Shown: positions 1 through 10,411 of the stretch, in pieces | How the letters are laid out: every line of letters starts with the position of its first letter | Position numbering within the stretch: position 1 is the first letter of the stretch | From: an uncultured Gammaproteobacteria bacterium | Lineage (GTDB): Bacteria; Pseudomonadota; Gammaproteobacteria; UBA9214 | DNA length: 64,000 nucleotides | Direction of reading: 5' to 3' | Assembly (NCBI GenBank): GCA_963827755.1 | Contig: CAWHCQ010000021.1 | Location: 64,001-128,000 of the forward strand | Program-made: the position numbers and the translations under genes | The notes under the pieces: model-generated | What the model was told of the DNA's origin: nothing | What the model saw: only the letters and a program-made list of their open reading frames with translations | Databases searched by the model: none

Positions 1-1
1 C

Positions 2-637
2 CCCGAGTTCTTTCAAAACAATCCCAGCCTGCTTGCATCCCTGGAGATTCCACACAGCTGCGGACCTGCCATTTCGCTGGTAGAGCACCAGATCAAGGTT
101 CTGCGTGACCAGAATTCCCAGCTGAAACGCAAACTGATGGACCTGGTACATGTCGCACGCGACAACAATCGCCTGAATGAACGCCTGCACCAGTTAACAC
201 TTGGACTGATCAACTCGACATCGCTGGAGAACCTGCTTGATACACTGCGCGACAACCTCGAGGGCGAGTTCAGCGCCGACACGGTCACGCTGCGTCTCGC
301 CGGGGTATCAGGTGCCCGGGCACGCGAATGCGGCGTGGAAACCTATGCGCCGGACACGGCGCTGGTCCTTTTTGAAACCTTCATCAAGTCATGCCAGCCG
401 CAGTGCGGACGCTTCAAAAAAGAGCAATTGAAGTACCTGTTCGGTGACCAGGCAGAGGCGATTGAATCTGCCGCCCTGATCCCGCTTGGCCGGAACAGCG
501 CCCAGGGACTGCTGGCCATCGGCAGCCAGGAACCGAGCCGCTTCCATCCGGGTATGGGTACCCTGTTCCTGACACACCTGGGTGAATTGATGGGCCTGCT
601 GCTGGCTGAAAACACCAGGAACCCGGCTGCGGACTGA
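2..637 (+). CDS. DUF484 family protein (YigA-like), 5'-truncated by window edge
   Basis: Frame open from base 2 (PEFFQNNPSLLASLEIPH...AISLVEHQ); C-terminal GLLAIGS..RFHPGMGTLFL motif; directly upstream of xerC. Confidence 0.88.
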   Translation, partial: PEFFQNNPSLLASLEIPHSCGPAISLVEHQIKVLRDQNSQLKRKLMDLVHVARDNNRLNERLHQLTLGLINSTSLENLLDTLRDNLEGEFSADTVTLRLAGVSGARARECGVETYAPDTALVLFETFIKSCQPQCGRFKKEQLKYLFGDQAEAIESAALIPLGRNSAQGLLAIGSQEPSRFHPGMGTLFLTHLGELMGLLLAENTRNPAAD

Positions 638-653
638 TCACGCCTGACCGGTC

Positions 654-1589
654 GTGGCGCATTCCTCACAGGACTGGATCGACGCTTTTCTGCATCACCT
701 GCAGACGGAACGACGGCTTTCCGCCAACACCTGCAAACACTATCAACGTGACCTGGCGGAGCTGCTCAACTGGTGCAATGACAGCGGTATCAGGCAGTGG
801 AAAAAACTCGGCACCCACCAGGTCAGGCAATATGCGGCACAGTGTCACCGTCGCGGCCTGAGCGGACGCAGTATCCAGAGACGTCTCTCGGCACTGCGCA
901 GTTTTTATAATTACCTGCTCAGGGAGCAGGCCGTCAGTCTCAATCCCGGGCTGGACGTCAGCGCACCGAAGGCGGAAAAACACCTGCCGGATACGCTCAG
1001 TGTCGACGACATCACACGTATGCTGAGCGTGAATACCGGGGACACCCTGGCATTGCGTGACCTTGCCATACTCGAACTCATGTATTCCTCCGGGTTGCGT
1101 CTCGCCGAACTCGTCGCGCTGGACTGCGCTGATGTGGACTTCAGTGAACGCATGGTTCGAGTGACGGGAAAAGGCTCGAAGACCCGCGTCATACCTGTCG
1201 GAGAGAAGGCGATCACAGCCTTGCGGGCCTGGTTGAGGCTGCGCCCGCAGCAACTTGCCGACGGCGAAACGGCCGTGTTTACCGGCCGCAACGGCTCGCG
1301 CCTCGGTCCCCGTGCAATCCAGAAACGCGTCAAGCAATGGGCACGCAAGCAGGGTGTTCCCGGTGACCTCCACCCCCACACCCTGCGTCATTCCTTTGCC
1401 AGTCACCTGCTCGAATCCAGCGGTGACCTGCGCGCGGTGCAGGAGTTGCTCGGTCACGCCGATATCAGCACCACGCAGATCTATACCCACCTCGATTTCC
1501 AGCACCTCGCCCAGGTCTACGACAAGGCCCATCCACGGGCACGCAAATCCGGGCGCCGAGTGCCATCACGCCCCGTAAAACCCCTTTAA
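654..1589 (+). CDS. xerC: Tyrosine recombinase XerC
   Basis: RDLAILELMYSSGLRLAEL, HPHTLRHSFASHLLESSGDLRAVQELLGHADISTTQIYTHLDFQHL; DUF484 synteny. Confidence 0.96.
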   Translation: MAHSSQDWIDAFLHHLQTERRLSANTCKHYQRDLAELLNWCNDSGIRQWKKLGTHQVRQYAAQCHRRGLSGRSIQRRLSALRSFYNYLLREQAVSLNPGLDVSAPKAEKHLPDTLSVDDITRMLSVNTGDTLALRDLAILELMYSSGLRLAELVALDCADVDFSERMVRVTGKGSKTRVIPVGEKAITALRAWLRLRPQQLADGETAVFTGRNGSRLGPRAIQKRVKQWARKQGVPGDLHPHTLRHSFASHLLESSGDLRAVQELLGHADISTTQIYTHLDFQHLAQVYDKAHPRARKSGRRVPSRPVKPL

Positions 1590-1655
1590 TTTCATACTGA
1601 TCTGTCATTTCTGAATGGTGTACAATCGTACGCCCGATTTTCCAGGAGCAGGACC

Positions 1656-2198
1656 GTGAAGCAGTTTCGAGGTACAACCATCCTCTCCGTGCGGCGCAAT
1701 GATCACGTGGTGATTGGCGGCGACGGCCAGGTCACGATGGGTGACACCGTGATGAAGGGCAATGCACGCAAGGTGCGCCGCCTCTATAACGACAAGGTGA
1801 TCGCCGGTTTTGCCGGTGGCACGGCCGATGCCTTCACCCTGTTTGAACTGTTCGAGGCAAAGCTCGATGAGTTTGGCGGCCAATTGACCCGCGCGGCCGT
1901 CGAACTGGCCAAGGACTGGCGCACCAACAAGATGCTGCGTAATCTGGAAGCCCTGCTGGTGGTGGCCGATACCAGCACCTCGCTGATCATCAGCGGCAAT
2001 GGCGATGTCATCGAGCCGGAGCACGCCTTGATGGCCATTGGTTCGGGCGGCCCCTACGCCCAGGCGGCGGCACGTGCACTGATCGAGAATACCGGGCTGG
2101 ATGCACGCGCCATTACCGAAAAGGCACTGAATATTGCCGCCGAAATCTGCGTCTATACCAATCACAGCCTGACCATCGAGGAACTGGTGCTGGATTGA
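1656..2198 (+). CDS. hslV: ATP-dependent protease subunit HslV
   Basis: [10 protein letters not shown]-terminal Thr nucleophile, [18 protein letters not shown]. Confidence 0.97.
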   Translation: MKQFRGTTILSVRRNDHVVIGGDGQVTMGDTVMKGNARKVRRLYNDKVIAGFAGGTADAFTLFELFEAKLDEFGGQLTRAAVELAKDWRTNKMLRNLEALLVVADTSTSLIISGNGDVIEPEHALMAIGSGGPYAQAAARALIENTGLDARAITEKALNIAAEICVYTNHSLTIEELVLD

Positions 2199-2279
2199 TC
2201 ATCAGCCGAGCCTTAATATGTATCTAATTGTTGCTAAATGACTATAAATTCACGTTAACCAGACAGAACATCGCCCAAC

Positions 2280-3608
2280 ATGTCGGAAATGACCCCCAGA
2301 GAAATCGTCCAGGAACTGGACAAGCACATTATCGGCCAGGATGCGGCCAAGCGCGCCGTGGCCATCGCCCTGCGTAACCGCTGGCGGCGGATGCAGGTGG
2401 ATGAGCCGCTGCGCGCCGAGATCACCCCGAAGAACATCCTCATGATCGGCCCTACAGGGGTCGGCAAGACCGAGATCGCGCGCCGCCTGGCCAGGCTCGC
2501 AGGGGCACCGTTTATCAAGGTCGAGGCCACCAAGTTCACCGAGGTCGGCTACGTCGGGCGTGATGTGGAATCCATCATCCGCGACCTGGTCGATATGGCC
2601 GTCAAGATGGAACGTGAAAGCGCTGTCTCCAGGGTGCAAACCCGCGCCGAGGATGCCGCCGAGGAACGCATCCTCGATGCCCTGCTGCCGGCCGCCCGCA
2701 GCCTGGCAGGAAATGACCAGGTCAGGGATACGTCCGAAACCCGCCAGAAATTCCGCAAGCGCCTGCGTGAAGGCACGCTGGATGACACCGAGATCGAGGT
2801 CGAGGTCTCGGTAACACCGCTGGGTGTTGAGATCATGGCGCCACCCGGCATGGAGGAAATGACCAGCCAGCTGCAGGGCATGTTTCAGAACATCGGCGGC
2901 GACCGCACCAAGACACGCAAGCTGCGTATCAGGGACGCACGCAAGCTGCTCTGCGATGAAGAAGCCGCGAAAATGATCAACGAGGAAGACCTGAAACTCG
3001 GTGCGCTGGAAAATACTGAACAGAATGGCATCGTCTTCATTGACGAACTCGACAAGGTGACCCGGCGCAGTGACAGCAGTGGACCGGATGTCTCGCGCGA
3101 AGGCGTACAGCGTGACCTGCTGCCGCTCGTGGAAGGCTGTACGATCTCAACCAAGCACGGCATGATCAAAACCGATCACATCCTGTTTATCGCATCCGGC
3201 GCCTTTCACCTCTCCAAACCCTCGGACCTGATCCCGGAACTGCAGGGCCGCATGCCGATTCGTGTAGAACTTGACGCACTCGGTGCCAGGGAATTTGCGC
3301 GCATCCTGACAGAACCGGATGCCTCGCTGACCGAGCAATACATTGCATTGATGAATACCGAATCGGTCAGCCTGCAATTCGCAAAGGACAGCATTGACCG
3401 CATTGCGGAAATCGCCAGCCAGATTAACGAGCGCAGTGAAAACATCGGCGCGCGCCGCCTGCATACCGTGATGGAGAAACTGCTTGAAACCATCTCCTTT
3501 GAGGCCACAGACAAGCCCGGCAGCAGCATCACCATCGATGCCGGCTACGTCAGTGAGCACCTCGATGCGCTGGTAGAGGATGAAGACCTGAGCCGGTATA
3601 TACTCTGA
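2280..3608 (+). CDS. hslU: ATP-dependent protease ATPase subunit HslU
   Basis: [25 protein letters not shown]-terminal DLSRYIL. Confidence 0.98.
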   Translation: MSEMTPREIVQELDKHIIGQDAAKRAVAIALRNRWRRMQVDEPLRAEITPKNILMIGPTGVGKTEIARRLARLAGAPFIKVEATKFTEVGYVGRDVESIIRDLVDMAVKMERESAVSRVQTRAEDAAEERILDALLPAARSLAGNDQVRDTSETRQKFRKRLREGTLDDTEIEVEVSVTPLGVEIMAPPGMEEMTSQLQGMFQNIGGDRTKTRKLRIRDARKLLCDEEAAKMINEEDLKLGALENTEQNGIVFIDELDKVTRRSDSSGPDVSREGVQRDLLPLVEGCTISTKHGMIKTDHILFIASGAFHLSKPSDLIPELQGRMPIRVELDALGAREFARILTEPDASLTEQYIALMNTESVSLQFAKDSIDRIAEIASQINERSENIGARRLHTVMEKLLETISFEATDKPGSSITIDAGYVSEHLDALVEDEDLSRYIL

Positions 3609-3751
3609 CAGCACCTCGATGCGCCTGGCAGCTGCCTGCGCTTCGCAAAAGATACAGGAAGAGAATGATGCCTGTCCCGGGCAAGGCTGCTGCTCTGCCC
3701 TGTTGAAAAGCTGCTGGCAGGCCCCGACACTTACAGAATGGTACAGAGATC

Positions 3752-4120
3752 ATGACGGATACACCCAAACCAACCGAGATAAGCCTGCACAAGAAGTCCA
3801 GAATACTGGAAGTTGCCTTTGCAGATGGTGAACGCTTTGAATTCAGCTGCGAGTTCCTGCGGGTGCATTCACCCTCTGCAGAAGTGCAGGGCCATGGACC
3901 CGGGCAGGGGGTTTTGCAGGTTGGCAAGGAAGACGTTGCCATCACCCGCCTGGATCCGGTTGGCAGTTATGCCATCCAGCCGTCGTTTGACGATGGCCAC
4001 GATACCGGCATCTTCTCCTGGGAAACACTCTATGACATGGGTAAAAACAAGGACAGGTACTGGCAGGAATATCTGCAAAAACTTGAAGCCGCAGGCCACC
4101 GGCGCAAGCAGGCCGACTAG
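3752..4120 (+). CDS. DUF971 / gamma-butyrobetaine hydroxylase-like N-terminal domain protein
   Basis: EFLRVHSPSAEVQGHG and FDDGHDTGIFSW motifs; usual position between hslU and ubiE. Confidence 0.9.
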   Translation: MTDTPKPTEISLHKKSRILEVAFADGERFEFSCEFLRVHSPSAEVQGHGPGQGVLQVGKEDVAITRLDPVGSYAIQPSFDDGHDTGIFSWETLYDMGKNKDRYWQEYLQKLEAAGHRRKQAD

Positions 4121-4269
4121 ACGTGGGCCGGCATCTCCCGCACCGACAAGGCCTTCAACAACAGGCGCAACAACAGCCCGGTGCCTGTTCGGCCGTGTGG
4201 ATGCCTGTTTTTCGATGCATTCCCGGGCGCCATGCGGTAGATTCATGACTGTTTGACAACAACTCTCCT

Positions 4270-5013
4270 ATGCCAGATAAAACCACACATTTCGGATATC
4301 GCGACGTCCCGGTAAAGGACAAGGCGGGACATGTCCGCGAGGTATTCGACTCCGTAGCAGACAACTATGACCTGATGAACGACCTGATGTCGTTCGGCAT
4401 TCACCGCCTCTGGAAACGTTACGCCATCAACATGGCCGGACTCAGGCCGGGACAACGGGTACTCGACCTGGCCGGTGGCACCGGCGACCTGACGCGACTG
4501 ATGGCATCCAGGGTAGGCGACAGCGGTCACGTGGTGCTGTCTGACATCAACGCCGCAATGCTGGCAAAGGGTCGCTCGCTGCTTATCGACCGGGGCGTGA
4601 CCGGCAACGTCAGTTTTGCCCTCGCAAATGCCGAGCAGTTGCCGTTTCGCGACAACCATTTTGACCTGGTAACCATTGCCTTCGGACTGCGCAACGTCAC
4701 AGATATACAACGTGCCCTGGATTCCATGTTCCTCACATTGCGGCCCGGTGGCCGCCTGCTGGTACTGGAATTCTCGAAACCCGCCAGCGCCCTGAAACCG
4801 GCCTATGATTTTTATTCATTCAAGGTACTGCCGAAACTGGGGCGCCTGATTGCAAAGGATGAAGACAGTTACCGCTACCTTGCAGAATCGATCCGCATGC
4901 ACCCGGACCAGCCCACGCTACAGGGCATGATGGAACAGGCCGGCTTCGAGGATTGTGACTACCACAATCTGAGTGGCGGCATTGTTGCCCTGCACAGAGG
5001 CTACAAGTTTTGA
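4270..5013 (+). CDS. ubiE: Ubiquinone/menaquinone C-methyltransferase UbiE
   Basis: [32 protein letters not shown]. Confidence 0.97.
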   Translation: MPDKTTHFGYRDVPVKDKAGHVREVFDSVADNYDLMNDLMSFGIHRLWKRYAINMAGLRPGQRVLDLAGGTGDLTRLMASRVGDSGHVVLSDINAAMLAKGRSLLIDRGVTGNVSFALANAEQLPFRDNHFDLVTIAFGLRNVTDIQRALDSMFLTLRPGGRLLVLEFSKPASALKPAYDFYSFKVLPKLGRLIAKDEDSYRYLAESIRMHPDQPTLQGMMEQAGFEDCDYHNLSGGIVALHRGYKF

Positions 5014-5095
5014 CGTTCGAGCTGACACATTTCACTCAAGGCCGACTCAGGGCAGTGGTCCTTTTTTTCGTCCTGGTTACGGTGAGACACTCAAC

Positions 5096-5722
5096 ATGAA
5101 ACTGCCAGCGGGTATTATTTCCGGCTTTGAGTCTGCAATCAATCGCTACCTGCGCCTGGACCCGGATGCCGCTGCACGCATGGCCCGACTGGATGGACAG
5201 TGCATCGCCCTTGACCTGCGTGGCCTTGATCTGAAACTGTACGTACTGCCGGGAGAGCAAGGCATCCGCCTTAGAGACCGGTTCGAGGGTGAAGCCGCTA
5301 CCGTCCTGCGAGGTACGCCACTGGGCATGGTGCAGCTGGGCCTGGGTGGCAACACCGGGAAGACTCTGTTCTCGGGTGATGTGCGCATTGAAGGTGATGT
5401 CGAAACCGGCCAGACCTTCAAGGCGATACTCGATGAGATCGATATCGACTGGGAAGAGCAGCTGTCGAAACTGACCGGTGACTTCATCGCACACCGGCTT
5501 GGCAATGCCGCGCGGCAGGTTAGCAGCACCCTGCAGCATGGCCGTGCAACCCTCGAACAGGATATCGGCGAATACCTGCAGGAAGAGTTGCGCGTTCTGC
5601 CGTCGCGGATTGAAACCGAAAATTTCAGCTCGGCTGTAAGCCGAATCGGCATGGATGTGGAGCGCATGGAAGCACGCATCAAACGCCTGAAAAATAACTT
5701 GCAACATAAAAACGGCCAGTAA
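5096..5722 (+). CDS. ubiJ: Ubiquinone biosynthesis accessory factor UbiJ (SCP2 domain)
   Basis: Start chosen at MKLPAG (5096); IEGD and IDWEEQLSKLTGD motifs; between ubiE and ubiB. Confidence 0.9.
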   Translation: MKLPAGIISGFESAINRYLRLDPDAAARMARLDGQCIALDLRGLDLKLYVLPGEQGIRLRDRFEGEAATVLRGTPLGMVQLGLGGNTGKTLFSGDVRIEGDVETGQTFKAILDEIDIDWEEQLSKLTGDFIAHRLGNAARQVSSTLQHGRATLEQDIGEYLQEELRVLPSRIETENFSSAVSRIGMDVERMEARIKRLKNNLQHKNGQ

Positions 5723-5723
5723 C

Positions 5724-7382
5724 ATGATCAGGCCCGCTCAAGTCATTCGCCTGCTGCATATCAACTACGTACTGGTTCGCCACGGGCTTGATGAAATCAT
5801 CCTGGCAACGCATTTGTTCCGCCCGGTCCGCTTTCTTTACTACATCGCGCCCTGGAACTGGGTGCCACGCACGCGTGAACCACGCGGTGTACGCATTCGT
5901 GAAACACTGGAGGAGCTGGGACCGATTTACGTGAAGTTCGGGCAGATACTGTCAACCCGCCAGGATTTGCTGCCGGATGACATTGCCGAAGAACTTGAAC
6001 GCCTGCAGGACCATGTACCGCCGTTCCCCGGCAGCGAGGCCAGGAAAATCATTGAAGCGGGATACGGGCACCCGATCGAGACTGTGTTCCGGAATTTCGA
6101 TGAAACCCCGCTGGCATCGGCTTCCATTGCGCAGGTGCATACTGCACAACTTCTCGACGGCTCCGATGTTGTCATCAAGGTCCTGCGCCCGAATGTTCAC
6201 CAGCACATAACACGCGATATCAGGCTGCTGCATACAATCGCGCGCATGGCAGAACGCTACTGGGAACCGGGACATCGGCTGCACCCGTGCGAGGTCGTTG
6301 CCGAGTTCGAAAAGCATCTCTATGACGAACTGGATCTGCTGCGTGAAGCGGCCAATGCCTCCCTGCTGCGCCGCAATTTCAGCGGCACCAATGTCCTCTA
6401 TGTGCCGGAGGTCTACTGGCCGCATTGCCGCAAGGACATTATGGTGATGGAGCGCATTTATGGCATCCAGATCAGCGACATCGATGCACTGCGCAGCAGC
6501 GGCATTGACCTGAAGTCCCTCTCCGAGCGCGGTGTCGAGATCTTCTTCACGCAGGTGTTCCGGCATAACTTTTTTCATGCCGACATGCACCCGGGCAATC
6601 TTTTTGTTGGTCATGACGGACGTTACATGGCCGTTGACTTCGGCATCATGGGTACATTAAACCCGCTTGACCAGCGCTACCTGGCCGAAAATTTCATGGC
6701 CTTCTTCAACCGCGACTACCGGCGCGTCGCAGAGCTGCATGTTGAATCGGAATGGGTGCCAACGGGCACCCGGGTGGATGAATTCGAATCTGCCATCCGT
6801 ACTGTTTGTGAACCCATTTTTGAAAAACCGTTGAAGGAAATATCCTTCGGCAATGTGTTACTGCGCCTGTTTCAGACCGCTCGCCGTTTTAACATGGAAG
6901 TCCAGCCGCAACTGGTGTTGTTGCAAAAAACACTGCTGAATATCGAGGGCCTGGGTCGCCGGCTGTACCCTGACCTTGATCTCTGGAAAACAGCCAAGCC
7001 GTTTCTCGAACGCACCATGAAAGAACAACTCGGGCCACGCGCCTTGCTGCGCAACATCAAGGAAAGCGTACCGGAGTGGAGTCACAGCTTGCCTGGTATA
7101 CCGGTAATGGCACACCGACTGCTGGAGCAGGCGACAACCGGCAAACTGCAGCTTGAATGGAAGTCCGGTGAAATGAAACGCCTGCGACAGGAAGTCCGCC
7201 GTGCCAACCGCCGCACCATCAGTGCAATTGTCGGCACCGGGCTGATTCTTTCCGCGGCAATCATATATGGCCTGGATGGCTTCGCACCCGCGATGATTCT
7301 GGGTGCACCCCTGCTCACCTGGATACTGGCCGGACTGGGTGTTGCCATTCTACTGGCATGCTGGACCGACGACTCGGCCTGA
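5724..7382 (+). CDS. ubiB: Ubiquinone biosynthesis kinase-like protein UbiB
   Basis: LGPIYVKFGQILSTR, ASASIAQVH, FFHADMHPGN, DFGIMG. Confidence 0.97.
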   Translation: MIRPAQVIRLLHINYVLVRHGLDEIILATHLFRPVRFLYYIAPWNWVPRTREPRGVRIRETLEELGPIYVKFGQILSTRQDLLPDDIAEELERLQDHVPPFPGSEARKIIEAGYGHPIETVFRNFDETPLASASIAQVHTAQLLDGSDVVIKVLRPNVHQHITRDIRLLHTIARMAERYWEPGHRLHPCEVVAEFEKHLYDELDLLREAANASLLRRNFSGTNVLYVPEVYWPHCRKDIMVMERIYGIQISDIDALRSSGIDLKSLSERGVEIFFTQVFRHNFFHADMHPGNLFVGHDGRYMAVDFGIMGTLNPLDQRYLAENFMAFFNRDYRRVAELHVESEWVPTGTRVDEFESAIRTVCEPIFEKPLKEISFGNVLLRLFQTARRFNMEVQPQLVLLQKTLLNIEGLGRRLYPDLDLWKTAKPFLERTMKEQLGPRALLRNIKESVPEWSHSLPGIPVMAHRLLEQATTGKLQLEWKSGEMKRLRQEVRRANRRTISAIVGTGLILSAAIIYGLDGFAPAMILGAPLLTWILAGLGVAILLACWTDDSA

Positions 7383-7490
7383 CAATCAGACATGTAACTG
7401 CCGGCGGGCTACGCGATCACTCCCGCTGTTGCCCTGTTTGTATCTTTGCGCGGAAAATCATACTGTTTAATGAATGCATAGCGTCTGCAT

Positions 7491-8060
7491 TCAACCTGCG
7501 GCCTGGCATGGCGGCCGTTGCAAACCGGCTTCAACCTCGTCGCGCGCCTGCTTGCCTGACAGCACTGCAATCAGTTCAAGCGCAAAATCCATGGCGGTGC
7601 CCGGGCCACGCGATGTAATGACTTTCCCGTCGGTAACAACCGGCTGTTCGACATACTCGAGACCGGGGATCGCATCTGTCTTCAGGCTGCCGGGGAAACT
7701 GGTCGCACGCCTGCCTTCAAGCAAGCCGGCCTCTGCCAGCACAGCGGGTGCGGCACAAATTGCTGCCGTAAATTTATCAGCTTCGCCCATTTGAACCAGC
7801 AAGCGAATAATACGGGCATCGCTCTTCAGGTGATCAGCACCCGGCAGGCCGCCGGGCAACACGACCATGTCGAAATCCTTCTGCAGGGCTTCATCCAGTG
7901 TCATATCAGGAACCAGCAGCATACCCCGGGAAGCCCGCACCGGCTGTTCATCCAGTCCGGCAGTTACAACCTCGATGCCTGCGCGGCGCAGCAGGTCGAC
8001 GATAGTAACGGCCTCCAGCTCTTCGCAGCCCTGCGCTAACGGGACAAGGACGCTTGCCAT
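7491..8060 (-). CDS. DJ-1/PfpI family protein (YajL/ThiJ-like)
   Basis: EELEAVTIVDLLRRAG, LPGG, AAICAAP catalytic Cys, ITSRGPGTA. Confidence 0.93.
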   Translation of the reverse strand: MASVLVPLAQGCEELEAVTIVDLLRRAGIEVVTAGLDEQPVRASRGMLLVPDMTLDEALQKDFDMVVLPGGLPGADHLKSDARIIRLLVQMGEADKFTAAICAAPAVLAEAGLLEGRRATSFPGSLKTDAIPGLEYVEQPVVTDGKVITSRGPGTAMDFALELIAVLSGKQARDEVEAGLQRPPCQAAG

Positions 8061-8854
8061 AATCTGTCTCTCCTGTCTTTTAATTCAATCAGCTGTGCAA
8101 CCGGAATTAACGCCACGCCCTGCATGTGCAGGTTGTCGATTTCCTCACGCAGAATTTCCAGGGTCGCCGCATGTGGATGGCCGATGCCCAGCGCCGTCCC
8201 CCGCCTGCGTGCCGTTTCCAGCAACAGGCGAAACTGCGCGCGAATGGCTTCAGGCTCCAGGTCGTTGTCGAGGAATATATTGCGGTCAACGGTCGGAATG
8301 CTATGGATACTTGCAAGTCTGCCTGCCAGCGTCACGCCGGTTGTCCGGCTATCGACAAAAAACAACGAGCCGCGCTGCCTGATTGACTGCATCAGCCAGA
8401 CCATTTTCTCGAAGTGGCGGGTCAGCAAGCTGCCCATATGATTGTTGAGTCCGCTGACATGGGGCACTGCTCCAAGGTCGTGTTGCAGGGTTTCCAGGAA
8501 CTGTTGTCGCGTCATGTCCTGCGTCAGCACGCCCTGTTCCTCCAGGGCCCGTTCATGACCATCCGCCTGCATGGGCAAATGCAACAGCACTTCCTTGTTC
8601 TGCCGGTGTGCCCTGATTGCGAGCGATGCAGTAAAAGGCGCGTGTGGAAGAAAGGCACAGGCAACCGGCCCCGGCAGCTGAATAACGCGCTCGTCCTGCG
8701 CGCCCCGGTTGCCAAGGTCATCGATGATCAGTGCTATTGCAGGCAGTGCGGCCCGAGGCACAGCCGTGGCAGGATTATCAGCAACGACCGCTGCTGAAAT
8801 AAAAACCAGCGATACTGCGAGAAAGAACTGCAGCATGACTGGTCGGGGACTCAT
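8036..8854 (-). CDS. Divergent polysaccharide deacetylase family protein (YibQ-like)
   Basis: IALIIDDLG, LLHLPMQ, NNHMGS, FVDSRT, IGHP; N-terminal signal sequence; start uncertain. Confidence 0.92.
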   Translation of the reverse strand: MSPRPVMLQFFLAVSLVFISAAVVADNPATAVPRAALPAIALIIDDLGNRGAQDERVIQLPGPVACAFLPHAPFTASLAIRAHRQNKEVLLHLPMQADGHERALEEQGVLTQDMTRQQFLETLQHDLGAVPHVSGLNNHMGSLLTRHFEKMVWLMQSIRQRGSLFFVDSRTTGVTLAGRLASIHSIPTVDRNIFLDNDLEPEAIRAQFRLLLETARRRGTALGIGHPHAATLEILREEIDNLHMQGVALIPVAQLIELKDRRDRLWQASLSR

Positions 8855-8869
8855 CAGTGCAGCTTGGTC

Positions 8870-10219
8870 CTATTGCATGCGCTGTTGCAGTATCGCGATA
8901 CCCTTGAGCAGGTTCAAGGCCTCATAGAGTGTGTAATCGTCCTTGATCATGGCCTCCCGCTTTTCACCGGCGCTGGCATCCTTATCGGTATCTTCCTTGC
9001 CGGAATTACCCTTGTTGTCATCGGCATCATCATTTCCGTTACCGAGATGGCCGGACAGATCGGCTTCTTTTAATGGTTTGATATTACCCTTGACCGAGGC
9101 GACCTTGACCCGCTCGAGTTCAATATCCGGCGTAATGCCTTCTGCCTGGATCGAACGCCCGTTGGGCGTGTAGTAGCGTGCAGTGGTGAGCTTCAATGCA
9201 GAATCGCTGCTCAGCGGAAGGATTGTCTGAACCGATCCCTTGCCGAAGGTCTTGGAGCCAAGAATCAGTGCACGCTTGTGGTCCTGCAATGCACCGGCAA
9301 CAATTTCCGATGCAGATGCTGAACCCTGGTTTACCAGCACCACTATTGGTGCCCCGTCCATGACATCATCCGGTGTTGCATTGAAGCGCAAGCGTGAATC
9401 TTCAATACGCCCTTCAGTGTAGACGATCATCCCCTTGGTCAAAAAGGCATCCGAAACGGCAACTGCACCGCTGAGAACACCACCGGGGTTGTTGCGCAGG
9501 TCCAGCACCAGGCCCTTGAGCAGACCTTCATTTTCCTTTATCAGATCCTCGATAGCATCGATGACACTCTCCGCCGTCTTCGACTGGAACTGTGAAATAC
9601 GCACGTAGGCGTAACCCGGCTCAAGCATGCGCGACCTGACACTTCTTACCTTGATTACATCCCGGGTGATACTGATATTAAGCGGCTTGTCGAGCCCATC
9701 GCGGATAATGGTAAGTTCAATATCGGTACCCGGTTTACCGCGCATGATCTTGACGGCATCATTCAGCGACATGCCTTTTACCGGCGTATCATCCAGCCGG
9801 ATAATCAGGTCACCGGCCTGGACACCGGCACGCTGCGCAGGCGTATCGTCAATCGGCGCAATGACCTTTACAAAACCATCTTCCATGCCGACCTCGATTC
9901 CAAGACCGCCAAACTCACCGCTGGTACCCACCTGGAGTTCTGTATAGTCCTCTGCGTCGAGATAGGAGGAGTGCGGATCAAGTCCGGACAACATGCCACG
10001 GATAGCATTTTCAATCAGCTCCTTGTCATCGACATCAACTACATAGTCGTTTTTGATTCGGCCGAATACATCCGTGAAGGTACGCAGTTCCTCAATTGGC
10101 AAAGTCACCCGCGCAACTTCGCTATCCCGCTCGGCGAAGACCCCGTGCCCGATCGATATCAGCACCCCTGTAACCAGGCCGGTCAGCAGCAGTAGATAAT
10201 TATGTTGTTTGAATCTCAT
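8870..10219 (-). CDS. ctpA: S41 carboxy-terminal processing protease with PDZ domain
   Basis: LDPHSSY, GGLGIEV (PDZ), DLRNNPGG, GSASASEIVAGALQD, FGKGSVQ. Confidence 0.95.
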   Translation of the reverse strand: MRFKQHNYLLLLTGLVTGVLISIGHGVFAERDSEVARVTLPIEELRTFTDVFGRIKNDYVVDVDDKELIENAIRGMLSGLDPHSSYLDAEDYTELQVGTSGEFGGLGIEVGMEDGFVKVIAPIDDTPAQRAGVQAGDLIIRLDDTPVKGMSLNDAVKIMRGKPGTDIELTIIRDGLDKPLNISITRDVIKVRSVRSRMLEPGYAYVRISQFQSKTAESVIDAIEDLIKENEGLLKGLVLDLRNNPGGVLSGAVAVSDAFLTKGMIVYTEGRIEDSRLRFNATPDDVMDGAPIVVLVNQGSASASEIVAGALQDHKRALILGSKTFGKGSVQTILPLSSDSALKLTTARYYTPNGRSIQAEGITPDIELERVKVASVKGNIKPLKEADLSGHLGNGNDDADDNKGNSGKEDTDKDASAGEKREAMIKDDYTLYEALNLLKGIAILQQRMQ

Positions 10220-10411
10220 GTGTTTTTGTCCATCCGGAGATAACCGGTTTTTCGCCTTGCCTCAAGGCTCTATCTGTAAAAAATACAGTCCTGTGACCAT
10301 ATCACACGACAGGTTATAGCGGTATCGGCGCCGGCACGAAAAGTCTTCAGCCTGCCGGCTATAATACCGGGGGCAGCTATTGTCTGACACCCGGAAAATA
10401 CAATAATTCCG

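Noticed and set aside
654-1589. Tyrosine recombinase as a phage/island integrase
   Set aside because: Motifs and DUF484 synteny identify housekeeping XerC; no att sites or cargo
10322-10350. sigma28-like element upstream of ctpA (minus strand GCCGATAC)
   Set aside because: Poor -35 match and wrong spacing
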